A DNA stretch of 64,000 nt, taken from the NCBI RefSeq assembly GCF_000315625.1, contig NW_005434663.1:773882-837881 (forward strand), read 5' to 3'. This document shows positions 12,089 to 25,100 of this stretch, one piece after another. This DNA comes from Guillardia theta CCMP2712. Its lineage: Eukaryota; Protista; Cryptophyta. Within the stretch, counting starts at the first letter, position 1. Each line of letters begins with the position of its first letter. Below the pieces are notes generated by a model. That model ran no database searches and was not told the DNA's origin. It saw only the letters and a program-made list of their open reading frames with translations. A program made the position numbers and the translations under genes.

Positions 12089-13045
12089 GTTGAGAGATCT
12101 AGAGAGTTTCTGATTTGCTCGGTCAAGATTTATGTCGCAGATGGCAAGGGGCTGGGAAAACACGAATCAGAGGAGGGGAGAGTGGAGGTTGAGGAAAGAA
12201 CTCTTGCCAGGCTGGCTGCAAGCTTCGTTGAGGTAGAGGGGAGAACCATCTTGTATTTTAAACTAGTTTGTGGTAAACTGGCTGACCAGGGGTGGTCAGA
12301 TCCCCAGGCTGTCCGTGGGGTGACCGGGTCACTCCAGGCAGCCACGGACTTTGGTCACTGTCACGTGACCGCCATGTTAACCGTCGGATGTTGACCGGCA
12401 TATCCATGGCCTCGTACTGATTTTTAGCTTAACTTTGAGTAAACATCCATGGCCCAGATGATTCGATCCGATTTGTGATGCTGACTCGCGCTAGTTAGTG
12501 GGGCAAGTTTCTCAGTTACCGAGTTGAACATCCGATTGTCCTCGTACTGAATTTCACTAAAGGCTTAACTTTCAAAGTTTGAGCAAACAACCAGTATGGT
12601 CAACCGTGAACGGTTCCTGGTCGGACCGACCGCGCAGTTACTCTATCGGATGATCAGCCTGCCAGGCTGGGCCGTACCCGGTACATAGTACTCCGGTACT
12701 CCATACGGCCCTAGTATGCCAGGGCCCGCAACAAGTTAGTTCAAGTTGGCACTCGGTGACTGCTGCTGAGGCGGCCGGGCCGGCGGCACAGGCTTCTGAG
12801 CTCAGTGAGTGTTCGTGGCACCCGGCGCCCGGTGACCATCCGATCGGATGAATCGCAAGCTGACTCACCCACTCCCGCCGTTAAGTTAGCACTGCGACTA
12901 CGGTAAGTTATTAGTCGGACGGTCTGTCAGTTAGAACTGAGAGAAGTTGAGATTCCCGGTGACTGCGGAAGGGTGCACGAGGAGGTGGGGGTGGGTGGCG
13001 GGTCACCATCTAGTACTTGGCGGTGTAGCATGGTACGGTCTGAGA

Positions 13046-13103
13046 GTAGGGTAGGGTAGGGTAGGGTGGAGGAGGGAAGGGTAGGGTAGGGTAGGGTAGG
13101 GTA
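13046..13103 (+). repeat. (GGGTA)n pentamer tract, potential G-quadruplex
   Basis: Two runs of gtagg repeats separated by a short purine-rich spacer. Confidence 0.85.
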
Positions 13104-13303
13104 AAATCAAAAAAGAACACAAAGTAGCGTGTACGGTGGGAGCTAGGAGACCAGAATGCCACATGCCACGGAAGGAGAAGGGGGATGGGAGGGGAGGGAA
13201 GGGTCAGAGACAGAGACAGAGAGAAAGAGAGAAAGAGAATCTGTTAAGAAGTCGATGGGAAGGCAGCAAGACAGAAGAACTCTAGATATGGCAGGCAGGA
13301 AGG

Positions 13304-13310
13304 TATAAAA
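13304..13310 (+). promoter_or_regulatory. Candidate TATA box of TCP11 copy 2
   Basis: TATAAAA about 140 nt upstream of the ATG at 13449, downstream of a G-rich tract. Confidence 0.4.
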
Positions 13311-13448
13311 ACCTCGAACAACACAAAGCGAGGCCAAGAAGTGATTCTCAGGGCAAAACAGGAACAGTACACACAGCAAACGTGCAAACCGAACATTGAT
13401 CAAACCCTGATTGATTCTCGCAGATCAGTGCTACATCATTGCAGCAAC

Positions 13449-15776
13449 ATGCGTCGTCCTGCTTCCCCGGCTTCTCCCCCTCACCTCCTGCTCTCTCCGT
13501 CCTCCTCCCCTCCCCCTGACCTGCGTGTCCTCTCTCGACTCCAGCTCTCCCCTCCCAAGACCATCTTGGCCTCCCGCATCGCTCGCTTCCTCCGAGGCCC
13601 CGCCTTCCGATTCTCCCTCCCCAGCCTCCTCGCAAGACTCGCCAGATCGTCCTTGATCGCTGAGTGGCCCGCAGAGGCTCGCTTCCCTGACATGACAGCT
13701 CGCTCCCAGAAGAAGTGGGTCATCCGAGACTTCAAGCGCCTCGTCACCAGCATCATCTTCCTCATCCAGCGCGCTGTCGTCCGGCGAGGCCTCCCACTGG
13801 ACAAGGACGAGACGGTAGAGCAGTTCAACGTCCGAGTCCTCATGGCCGCCTTCCTCGTCGTCAACCGACCCGGCAGCTGCTTCGAGAGCATCGGCCACCT
13901 CGAGCAACAAGTGCAGCATGCCGCCGCCGACCTCGTCACTACCTTGAGGCACATCTGCTCGAGCATTGAGAGCTCTCGCGCTCAGCCTCTGACACAGCAT
14001 GATTGGAGCTCGTGGAGGCCCTTCCTCAAGCAGCTCAACGTCTACCTCGCTCGCTTCAAGGACTGGAAAGTCCCGGACGAGCACAAGCTCACCGAGCGCA
14101 TCAAGCATGCGCTTCTCGCCCTCTACCGCGCGGAGTCGCACCTCAGCCCTGACGTCCAGGAGTACATGCCTATGAAGGAGGAGTTCCGAGCACAGAAGGC
14201 GAAGCTCCGAGCCAAGATGCTACAGATCGCAGGAGCCCAGGGGCTGGAGAGCTTCGACGAGGCGCTAAGACAGCAAGGCTTCACTGCGGTCGACGCGGAG
14301 CCGTCGGAGGAGACAGCATCGTCCTCCTCGCAAGGGGCCGGGAGCAGCTCGAGGCCAGCAGAGCTACCGTCCTCGACGAATGCGTCCGGGCTGTCTTCGC
14401 TGCCCGGCCGGATGACCAACGAGCAGCTGGCGCACGAGCTGCTGCTGGATCCCGCCTTCAAGCTCGACGAGCAGGGGGCAGGCTACCTCGACAACCCCGT
14501 GCTGTCCAAGGTGAGGGAGAGCTTCAAGGTGGCTTTCTGGGACAGCCTGGTAGACGACCTGAGGCTCACCCCGCCGTGCTACGTGCGAGTGCTCAAGGTG
14601 GTAGGGGAGGTGAGGGACGGGATGATCGACCTATCGCCCAGCCGGAGCAAGGAGCTCAAGGAGAAGATCGACACGGCCTACTGGCAAGAGCAGATCGAGT
14701 CAGGGGCGCTGGACTGGTCGTCGTGTGTGTCGTTGATCGAGGGGATGCTGGGGATCGCGATGGAGATGCAGGAGCCCTCGCGGAAGCAGGAGACGCAGGC
14801 AGGCTGGAAGGCTCTCGAGGAGGAGCTCCGAGCTGGCACGCCGGAGGACCAGCCGACGCTGTTCTGCAAGGCGCTGGAGTATGTGCTGGGGCGGGTGAAC
14901 GTCATGAGAGTAGACGCGGCCAACGCCCGGCTACGGAACATCGCTCACGTCATTCAGAACCACGGGATCGAGTACGAGCGAGCGCACATGGACAAGAAGA
15001 TCAAAGCCAACCCAGCCTACCTCCAGCGCACGCCAGAGTGGATCCGGGCGGTGGTAGAGAAGGAGGTAGGGAGGGGCCGGGCAGACCTGTCGAAGCTCGT
15101 GCAGGGCGAGGGCGCGGCGTACGAGCAGATCCACACGGCTGCGGTCTTGAGCCTGATCATGGGGAGTGAGCCCGTCAAGACCGACGCTTGCCCGGAGACC
15201 CTGCAGCTGGACATCAGCAGGCTACGCAAGTACCACGCGGACTTCCACTTCGACGTGCTGGCGGCGTGCATGCTGGCGGTGGCGTCGCAGCGACTGATGG
15301 CGACGAAGAAGGACCCGAAGGTGACGGAGCTGCTGGAGCACTTGAAGACGTCGCTCAACAGCTTCGAGGCGTCGCTTGTCGACAAGGAGGAGCGCGTCAA
15401 GGCAGCGACGTCGAGCTTCGAGGCCGAGCTGTCAGCGGCAGAGAAGGAGGTCATCGCCTCTTGCCTGTCGCCCAGCCAGCCGTCAGCGTACTCGAGGGAG
15501 ATGCTGGAGAGGCTTCTTGAGGTGCCTGCGATGGTCTTGGAGAAGAGCTACGGGCCGATGGAGGAGCAGTGGCTGCGGCTGGTGTCAGCGGACGGGAGCA
15601 AGGTCGAGTCGGATGTGCCGCAGTCGCCGTTTGTGAGGAACGTGTACGAGCGAGTTGTGAGGAACGCGAGGAGGGTGCGGAAGGTGATCAGCTTGAACCG
15701 GAAGGTGCACTACGACAGGTACAACCAGATTATTACTTTCAGCACTGGAGCTTTGTCGATCAGAGTTGGGGCTTGA
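13449..15776 (+). CDS. TCP11/SOK1-family protein, copy 2 (intronless)
   Basis: Near-identical inverted copy of 9761-12088 from 4 nt before the ATG to about 15730, with a unique tail IITFSTGALSIRVGA. Confidence 0.8.
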   Translation: MRRPASPASPPHLLLSPSSSPPPDLRVLSRLQLSPPKTILASRIARFLRGPAFRFSLPSLLARLARSSLIAEWPAEARFPDMTARSQKKWVIRDFKRLVTSIIFLIQRAVVRRGLPLDKDETVEQFNVRVLMAAFLVVNRPGSCFESIGHLEQQVQHAAADLVTTLRHICSSIESSRAQPLTQHDWSSWRPFLKQLNVYLARFKDWKVPDEHKLTERIKHALLALYRAESHLSPDVQEYMPMKEEFRAQKAKLRAKMLQIAGAQGLESFDEALRQQGFTAVDAEPSEETASSSSQGAGSSSRPAELPSSTNASGLSSLPGRMTNEQLAHELLLDPAFKLDEQGAGYLDNPVLSKVRESFKVAFWDSLVDDLRLTPPCYVRVLKVVGEVRDGMIDLSPSRSKELKEKIDTAYWQEQIESGALDWSSCVSLIEGMLGIAMEMQEPSRKQETQAGWKALEEELRAGTPEDQPTLFCKALEYVLGRVNVMRVDAANARLRNIAHVIQNHGIEYERAHMDKKIKANPAYLQRTPEWIRAVVEKEVGRGRADLSKLVQGEGAAYEQIHTAAVLSLIMGSEPVKTDACPETLQLDISRLRKYHADFHFDVLAACMLAVASQRLMATKKDPKVTELLEHLKTSLNSFEASLVDKEERVKAATSSFEAELSAAEKEVIASCLSPSQPSAYSREMLERLLEVPAMVLEKSYGPMEEQWLRLVSADGSKVESDVPQSPFVRNVYERVVRNARRVRKVISLNRKVHYDRYNQIITFSTGALSIRVGA

Positions 15777-16004
15777 CAGATTGATCCTTGTCCTTTCATC
15801 AGAGTTGAACTACATCGTTCAAGCTTTTCTGAGGTTGTCTGCTATCAATGAAGCAATTGTAGATGCTAAACATGTCTCGTTCAACCTTTAATTGTGTTGT
15901 GGAGGAGTAAATCCGAATGAACAAGAAACATCCTCTCTAGTCTGTTTTTGTCGTGCTTGACTTGTGCCAATGGACGAATAGACTTGTTTTTGTGTTGAAT
16001 CAGC

Positions 16005-18876
16005 TCATCGTTCAGACAGAAAGCAGCTTGATCCTATGAAGGACGTCAACCAGTCTGTTGGAGCAGAACAACTTTCACCTTGCAAGAGCGTTGGCTCCGT
16101 CCTTCCGCAAGCCACTGAGAGAGCCCTGTGAAGATCGAAGCCGCTCTTGCAGTCTGCGAGGCGATGAGAAGACGAGAGGAGGAGACGAAGATAAGAAAAG
16201 ACAACAAGCTCAGACCTCTTCCACCAGCTTCCGTCAGAAGAGATTCTGACCTTTTTGAGACACACAAGCATTTCGCTCAGTAAATTCACAAATCTTTCAA
16301 TCTCTGGGGCTTCAGCCACGTCATGATCTACACGGCTCCCAAGAGTTCTTTACCCTCGCCATCATCCGAAAAGCTCCGGTTGTTTAAAATCTCGAGATGC
16401 TTCTGAGCTTGATGGAGACCCTTTTCTGCCTTGCTGACATAGAAAGCCTGCGAGAGAGTCAGGCAGGGATCGCGGATCTAAGGTAGAGCACGTGAAGATT
16501 CAAGACGACGACGTTGAAGCAGTGCACAGCCTTCGCGTTGCTCCGGAAGAATCTTCAGATCGCGTCAGCACTAGCTGCGAGGCTCGAAGCTACCTTGACT
16601 GGCCCGGGAAGCCATGGGCCATTAGACTGAGGAGACTCGAGCTGGACGTCAGCTCAGGAGAGCTGGAAGGAGGTGAAGTGAGTGTGCGAGAGGAGGCGGC
16701 GGAGAGAGAGACCTTTCATCGAGCACGGGGCGACTTCGAACCGATGCGGCGTCTCCTGCCATGGAGCTCCTCGAATGTGAGCCTGCAAGGCTTGGGAGGC
16801 TGTCCTGAGACGACGATCGCAACGAGACGTTCGTCTGGCCCTTCTTTCCCTGCTACTCAGTCTGGTCAAAGAAATGATGGTGGGCTGCAGCTGCTTACCA
16901 GCGGTCTTAGCCTCTTGCTCTGCATCCCCATCGGAGATTTGGATCGTGACAGTCTGCTTCCGTGCATCAAAGACCTGGAGCTGTCAGGACCGGCTCCACG
17001 AAGCCACCGCAACTCACTTGGCGGATGAGACGGAGGAGGTGTCCGAACACGCGGGAGTATGCGAGTTGACACGGGAGGACCTTTCGCACGCGTCCAATGC
17101 ATCCTCCTGCTCTTGCTCAGAGCCAGCTGGGAAGTGGAAGGGAAACTCACAGTGAACCCCAGGTTGAAGAGGATAACCGCCTCGTGACCGACCCAGATGC
17201 TGACGAGGTCTAGAACCTTCATGGCCGAGCATCAGGAGATCTCGAGCAAGCTCTCTCAGTCTCCCTTGCCTGTGCTGAGCTTTCACTCCCTTTCAATCCT
17301 GCTTCTGCGATGGAGCCATGGTAGGGGTAGCCCTCTGGCAAGGCAGTGAGTCAAGGAGCAGGGTCGGAGGGAGAGGGCAGACCGTGGAAAATTTCCCTCA
17401 GGACCTCCGTGGCATGCTCCCGGACCTGACAGATCACAGTCAGCTACCAGAGGTAATGAAGGATGTGACGGGCGATCTTACCTTCTCAGAGAAGTACAAC
17501 GCGGAGATCATCTGATTCTGCGCGAAATAGGATTGGCTGATCACATCATATAGCATCCCCTTGATCAGGTGATGCCCTGGGCAGGTCTGCAGCGCATGTG
17601 AGCTGATGTCATGACCCCTCGCACTCACCATCAGCCCGGATCTGTTGTGGATGAGGTTGAGGATAGAGTTAAGAGTGTCGACCGCTTCGTGCGGTCGTCC
17701 GCTGGAAGTTGTTGAGCTCAGCCCTCGGCTGGTCAAGATGTCTGCAGACTCACCTTGCTATCATCATCCTTGCTATGTACTCGCTTGCAAGGGAGATGCT
17801 GAGGGCCAGCGACCTTGTTGAGTTGCCCTTAGAAAGGGTCAGGACAATGAACATCGGAGGTTCGGGGCAACGTCAAAATGGACAGTCTGAAGCGCAAGGA
17901 GGAAGTCGTCTAGCAGGATCTGCAGCGCTCCATACAGCTCTCCTGCACTGATCAACTCTGAGGTAGAACCATCAGAACTCCTCGACATCCGTCGAATCTT
18001 GAACAAACACCGGTGAATCGGGGAAACTTAATGGTAAGGTTGTGCAGCCTCTTACTCCACACGTCGGGGCAGGGCTGAGACACCCAGAAAGGGCAGAGGG
18101 GAGTGAGGCAGACGCTGATAGAGATGTGCATTCTGTTCATCTGCCAGCAAGCTCAACGATCTCGAGGGACTGAGTGCTTGTTCTTGACCTCAATCTCTTC
18201 CGAGGGAGGCAGGTGGTTGGACGGTGTTGATACTGGATCATGACCTCCTCTAGAGGGATGCCCTTCCCACTCGAGACTGTCGCTAGACAAGTTCGCTTGC
18301 TTCAAGTCTTCCAGCCCTCCAAACTTCTTCTCCACTGACCGCCGAAGCTCCTGGACATGGTGGACAAGCACCTGGATGGTCTTTAGCATCAACAGCAGAC
18401 GCAGTTGGAACCTCATGATGAAAATTGATGTCTCGAGTCTCACATCTGGAGAGCAGCAGAGTGAACCCTTGCTGTCGGGCATGCCATGGAGCCTTACCTG
18501 TCCAACGCCTCCTTTCCTCGCATGGGAAGCAGCAGCGAAGAGTTGATGGACTGTGCGATGAAAAACTTTGACTCTCTCGCTGCTTTCCTTGCAAAGTGAG
18601 CCTGCCAACTGAATCAGCGGCTAGACAGTCTGGGTGTTTCCTCACCCTCCATGCCGTCTGGATGGAAATGGAAGCATCGTCTCCTCCAAGCGGGGGCGAG
18701 TAGTCATCGAGGGTATACCTGGACTTTTTCTCCTCCTCTTCGAACTTGTTTCTTTCTCCTCCTCCTCCTCCTCCTCCTCTCTCAGCGATGTCATCCAGCT
18801 CTCCTCTCTGACCCGAGAACAGCGTCTGTCTCATCCCTCGCAGCGCCCGCATCCCTTCCTCCACCTCCGTGCTCAT
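16005..18876 (-). CDS. Multi-exon hypothetical protein with an IQ (calmodulin-binding-like) motif
   Basis: Splicing across the gtgagg...ggcag intron joins SIQTAWR to AHFARKAARE (IQxxxRxxxxRK). A chain of minus-strand ORF segments with GT-AG boundaries runs down to about 16005. Exon structure only partly resolved. Confidence 0.5.
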
Positions 18877-19101
18877 TCTTGTCGCCACCACGACTCAACT
18901 CCAGGGAACAACGGAAGACACCCCAATGTTTCTACTACCCCACCCACCTTTTGTGAGATTACTTTCCTTCCTTGCACGGGTATCAAAAATACCCCTACCT
19001 GTACAATACAAGTAAAAAAAGTCAAGCCAAGAAAAAATCTGTCACGGGGTCAAGTCAAATACAACCGACCATGGCGGGCGAGGCAAGCTGACAATGTTAT
19101 C

Positions 19102-22100
19102 ATGCAACGAGCGACTCATCCCTCTCCCTCTCCCTCTCCCTCTCCCTCTCTTCCCTGTCCCTCTCCTCCTCTCTTCCTCTCTCTCCTCCTTCTCTTCCTC
19201 TCCTCTCCTCTAGCTTCATGTCAGTTCTGGGACACGGCAGAGCCCGCGTTCACATGGGCCAGCGGGGGAGCTATCCTCACTGTGCGAGGGTTCTTCCCGA
19301 CCTTGAACTACACTTGCAGTTTACTCCCATCTGCTGCCCAGCAAACTCCTGTAGCATGCTCGCCGATCGCAAACCAACAAATGCAAACGGAGCTCAGATT
19401 CTCCCTGCCAGTTTGGCAGCTGGCAGCCCAGGATGCGATCGTGCAGATCGCCGATGCCACCACAAGGAAAGTTCTCAAGGGACCAGGAGGGGCGTCAGAG
19501 AAGATCACGATCGTGAGATTTTCCGTCATGTATTGTTGTAACCTATCTCTTACTCCTATTCGTTCAGATGCCGGTCTGGACTAGCAAGTCGGCCATACAA
19601 GGGGCAGCGACTGGAGGAACTGCGCAGGGCTCGCAAGCATTCACAATCTCAGGGCTAGGATTCGATCGCGATTCCTCCAACTATGTCTGTAAGTTCATCC
19701 GCTACGAGTCCAGCTCTCCCACAGCTGATGTCGCGCAAACTCTTCCATTCCAACCGATGAACAGCGCTGAGTTGGTTTGCTCTACACCCACCTGGAGCTT
19801 CGAGGGGAGCACAGGCGACAATGCGGGCAAGGCCCTGGTCCTGGTAGAGAAGGGAGGTCAGGTTGTGATGTACCAAGGAGTCTCGTCGGGGAATGAATAT
19901 TTCTTTTCAACGGTCTGGAGGATAGATGGGAGCTCCGGGTACTCGTCGCCCGGTCAAACCATCACCATACAGGGCTATGGCTTCGGGACCTTGCAGGATC
20001 AGTATCTTTGCAGCTTTGAGTCCACAGGTCTCACTGTGCAGTCCCAGGCATCCAGCGTATCACCTTCGGAGCTGCATTGTGTCTTGCCTGGTTGGACGGC
20101 GAGGGCCCAGACGGTAGATTTAACCTTGTACAAGGTCAAGTGCAGGGGCATCAACTATGAGGTTTCCTCTTGCAAGACGACAGTGCAACTTCAAGGAACT
20201 TTGAATTCGCGGACGCCATTCCAGTTCTTGACATCGATCCACAACTACTCGGCATCCACCAGTTATGCAGCGAAATCAGTGCCAAGTTTCCTGACAGTGC
20301 ATGGAGGAGGATTTGATGGAGGTTCTTTCAACTACACGGTGGAGATCAAGTCGCTGACGGACTCGAGTCAAGTCTTGACTATCCCCGTCCGAGCCTCAGA
20401 TGTTTCTGGCTCCTCAATCACTGTGACTCTGAGCGAATGGATCTTCACCCCGAACATACTCTGCTCTATAATTGTGTTTCAGGGATCTCAAATCATTCCC
20501 AATGTCGGAGCTTCAAAGGCTGAATTCACCTTCACGTCGATGTGGAGCGACTACCAGGACGGCATCCTACCCTTGAGAGGAGGAGCTTCATCTGGAAATG
20601 AAGTGCTGACCATCTTTGGGAATGGATTCGTGTTTCAGGCTCAATTGGATCAATCAGAACAATACTTTTGCACGTTTTCAACGGAGACGATGCGAATGAA
20701 TGCAAGCAGGTCCGTGGTCATATCAAGCACCGAGATCGCATGCACGACCCCAGACTGGGGAGCGATGTACACTGCTATGAAGACTGTCTTGTCGTTGCAC
20801 AAGGGTAACTATACGTACCCGAATACCGCAGAATATGAGTTTTCCCCGTCGTGGAGCTCCTTATCCATCACGTATGGCTCCTTCAGTGGAGGGGAAACAC
20901 TGTCTGTGTTCGGTTCGGGGCTGAACATATCGGCGAAGTACAGATGTAAGTTCAGTTTCAATGAAGACGAGGTCTTTGCTTGGTCGGACGAAGTATATCC
21001 GTACGACACAACCAAGATTGTCTTCACAACTCCCCGATGGCAGTATCTGTCAAGGAACAACGTTCGAATATACATCTTCGAAGGAGACAAGAAGCTCATC
21101 AACGAGCTCGAGTCCGACTTGTTTGCTGGGATCATCTTCCGATTCGTCGTCGGCGTGCTTGTCTCAGCTCCTCGATTGGTCCTGCAGACCCCCGACGTCG
21201 GCCATCTTTTCTTGCGTCCTGACACGTTTTCCGTGATCCCGATAGTCATACACATCACCAGCAGCGACAGTCAGGTGGCAAACGCTACGGGCGACGTTTC
21301 CTTCCAACGAGACGACCAGATCCTACCTGAGGGGAAGCAAATCTCCGTCTACTGCCTGCGGCCAGGGGCTGTTTCGCTGGTTCTAACGGTCAGCAACGCG
21401 GACGGAAGCAACAACTTCGCAAACAAGGTCACGGTCGTCTGCTCTGCAGGCTTCCGCTTCAGCTCTCCGCAGCTGGAGGTAAAGCCCAGCTCACCCCCAG
21501 CAAACGTCACGTTGACCCTGGACTCCGAGATCAGTCAGCCCCTGAGGGTAGAAGTTACCTCAGGCAATCTAGAGCTGCTCACAGTGTCGCCGCTGCAGCT
21601 AACCTTCAACCGATCCAACGAGAGCGCTGAGATCTCGGCGGTGTGGGTAGGAGCTGGAGCCACCAACATCTCAGTCAGAGGAGTCACAGACAGCGGCAAC
21701 CTGCTGTTCGCGCACTCTACGGCCTCGCTTGGTGTCCGATGTGAACCGGAAATTCTCTTCAGCCCGAGCGCTTTGCGCCTGAATGCTGGTGAGACGATCC
21801 GATTTTCTGTTGAACTCCGTCCTCCTCCTACCCTCCCTGTCACCTTTAGAGTGCTAGCAGACAAGGAAGGCTTCTTAGAGTTCGATCGGCAAGTTTCCTT
21901 CGGGGCGAACATAACCGGGCCCAAGGAGATCACGGTAAAGTACGTGAAGGCAGGGCAGACGACGTTGAGACTTGTGGCCGAGAGTCCAGGGATGCTGAGC
22001 AAGCTATCGTCCAATTGTTCCACTGAAGACGCCAGGAGGTGTTCTCAGGTGTTTGCAAACGCCAACGGCTGCGACTTCTCGACGCTCTACACGTCAAGAG

Positions 22101-25100
22101 ATGAATGGAACCTGCTGCTGACCCAGCTGTCGCACGCGGCGGGAGTACAAGACTGCTCCTCCTACTTCGACTGCCTGAGAGTCTCCTGCTGTAGCTCACC
22201 GCCAGCCTTGACCTGCTCAAGGGCCCTGCAGGACAAGCACTGCAGTCTTGATCTGATCCTCCCTCGCCTCTCGAAGGTCGAGGATGCCTCCTATGACTTC
22301 GGGGTGGTGCCGCTGGACTCGCAGCAAACTCTGAAGCTCTACCAGAGCTGGACCCCCAACCTCAACTGCATGCCTTTCGTCCCTTGTGCATGGAGCTCTT
22401 GCTTTCCTGGCAACGGAAACTACGACGGGATGACATCGCATGCGATGGTGATCCTCTCCCTTCCCAGCTTGTCCCTCGACCTCGATCAAGTCCATCTGCA
22501 GCAGGGAGGCAGTCAGAGAGTGACTGTCTCTCTAGATATCCGCCCGTCAGCTCCTGTACTCGTCAAGATCACGATCGTGAACGTTCAGAGCGTGACGAGT
22601 TTACCTGTTGCGGTTGCCCATCCGTCTGAGATCGTGCTGCAAGGCTCCAGCGCTGCAACCTTCGACCTGACTTGGGCGGGTGTAGGGCGAGCAGACGTGG
22701 TCCTCACATGCTCGGGGGGGGCTGAGTACGAGAACGTCTCTAGGGTGCACAGCAAGTTTGTGACCTGCCTTCCTGGGATTGAGCTGGAGGTGTACAGTGG
22801 GGATGGATACAAGCAGGATCTGAGCACAGTGATGACGCGTGCAAACGTCAATGTCTCCCTTGCTGTAGCCGCTGGCTTCACTCTCTTCGGACGTGTTGAC
22901 GTCGGTCTTCAGGGCTCTCAAGGAACTTTCTTGCAGCCTGCTCACTTTTCTCTCTCCGGTCCCTCCCCCGTGCTGGTGCACCTGGCGACGGCGCAGACAG
23001 GCTCTTTCTCGGTTGATGTCAGCCTGGCAACAGCTGGAGCTGGCGAGCAGTTCATAGTTGCCTCTCAAGGACTCGGGTACACGAGTGGGGAGATGTCGAT
23101 AGTGGGTTATGGTGGTAGAGACTTTGCAGGTCGATACGAGGTGGGAGTGATTCATTGGGACTACTACTATGACAGAGTGACAGAATCAGCTCTACGGGGG
23201 TCAAACTACTCGCTCATGGGCGCAGACACCTTCTCGATGCCACCTGGCGGAGCTGAGATTGCGGTAGAGAGATGTATGAAACAAGCTGCCGGTCAGTCGA
23301 TCGTCGTGGACGGAGTCTTGCGGTTGACCGGACACACTGGGATAGAAGTGAAGGGATGTCAGCCTAAGATGAACTTCAGCGTTGACGGAGGGAGTTTGAG
23401 CCATGTCTCGTTCGAGAGCGGACGTTGCATCGTCACCGGACTGACGTGCGCCATCTCCCTCCAAGGATACGGAGGCTCCGGTTTTCACGGCTACTTCCAG
23501 ACGGGCTTCGCAAACTTCTCGATCAACTCCAACGGCACTGGATACGACTGCTCCCTTGGCTGTCTGGTGAACATGGCAAGAAGCCCTTTGGCCGCCGCAG
23601 AAGAGCAGACTTGTGCTCTGAATGTTACAAACTGCACAGATGGGTATGTTGGCAATGCAGTGGTCGTGTTTGGGAACGTCATCTCGTTCCGACCGAAGCT
23701 GCTTGTTGTTGTCTTTCCAGATATCATGCTGAGCCCTGCGAGTTTTCACCTTGGTGCGAACCAGACCGCTCTGATTCAAGTGAGACCATTAGAGACTGTG
23801 ACAGCTGGAGTTTCGTTCAATCTCAGCACAAACTCTTCCTTTCTTCACGTTCAAAACTTCAGGTTCGAGACGGGAGACAACAAGAAAGACGCCAACGTCT
23901 CGTTTGTCATCGAGCGAAGGGGCGGAAGCTCGGGAGTTGCCTCACTGCTGGTGCAGGCGAATCACGTCGGAAACTATGCCTGGTTCAGACGATCGTTGGT
24001 TGTGACGCTGATGCCAGATTTCAAGTTTGTGTCTACCTCAATCACTCTGCAGAGATTTCCAGGACAAGGTTTGATCCAGATTGCTCCCGACACGTCTCTG
24101 AACAAAGACACCCTACTGCATGTCGAAATCGTCTCAGACTTTGGACAAGACTGGACAAAGATTAATTTCGGGCGAAAGATTCTGCTGGTGCCCGACGTCG
24201 CGCTACTCAAGTCAGCTGATACCGGATTTCTCTCGATTCCCATAGAGCACGGTGGCTCCGACTCATCGTCCATCCCCAACATTGTGAGCGGGACGGCAGT
24301 CGTAAGATTCTTTGTGAATGACACTCAGAGCAACTACAACGGAGTCGGACTCCTGTCTCCTTCTCAGACTGTCGCCGTGTCAGTGAAGCCAGGGTTTCAC
24401 GTCAGCTTCGACCCCACGAGGACGTACAAGATCCAAAGGCTCTCGAGCTTCGAGTTCTCCTTGAAGCTCGACTTCCCAGCTGACTCTGACCTCAGCATCA
24501 ACCTGATGAGGTCGTTCAACATGACCATGTCTCAGACTGGCTCGTTGCCCGTTAGGCGGGGGGACGTGGGGCCCTTCCAGATCAACGTCCCTCACGACGG
24601 GTCTGTGGGGTTGTCTACTTACTCGTTGATCGTCAGCGGCGCCAGCGGCAACTACGCAGGAGTCACAGCCATGGAAGTACTGAAGGTGTCGATGCTGCCA
24701 GGCCTCGTCCTGTCCGTACCCCAGCTCGAGCTGCAGTACTCCAGAGCTCCCACCACTTTCACCGTCCGTCTTGACACTCAGCCTACGGAAGATGTCATGT
24801 TCTCTGTTGAGAACTCCAACCCGTCTGTGCTGAATGCTACAGGCTCCATCTTCTTCCCTGCCAACTCGTGGGATGTCGATCAGGTTGTAGCTGTCACGTG
24901 GATCAAGGCGGGGAGGGCTACTCTGTCGTTCAAGGCGAACAGCCCCGGAGGCAACTACCAGGACGTTGCTTGCTGTGACATCAACATCGTTGCCTACCCA
25001 AGAATGTTTGTCTCGCAGTCAGACGTTCTCCTGCAAAAGAATGTGGTGCTAAACATCTCAGTTGGCCTCCCGACCGTCCCCTCTCAACACGCAGTCGTGC

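Noticed and set aside
13046-13103. Interstitial telomere
   Set aside because: The unit TAGGG is shorter than canonical TTAGGG/TTTAGGG and the tract is short, so it is treated as a microsatellite.
9717-15784. Many overlapping 60-320 aa ORFs inside the TCP11 copies
   Set aside because: Expected by-products of GC-rich coding DNA. They recur only because the host gene is duplicated.
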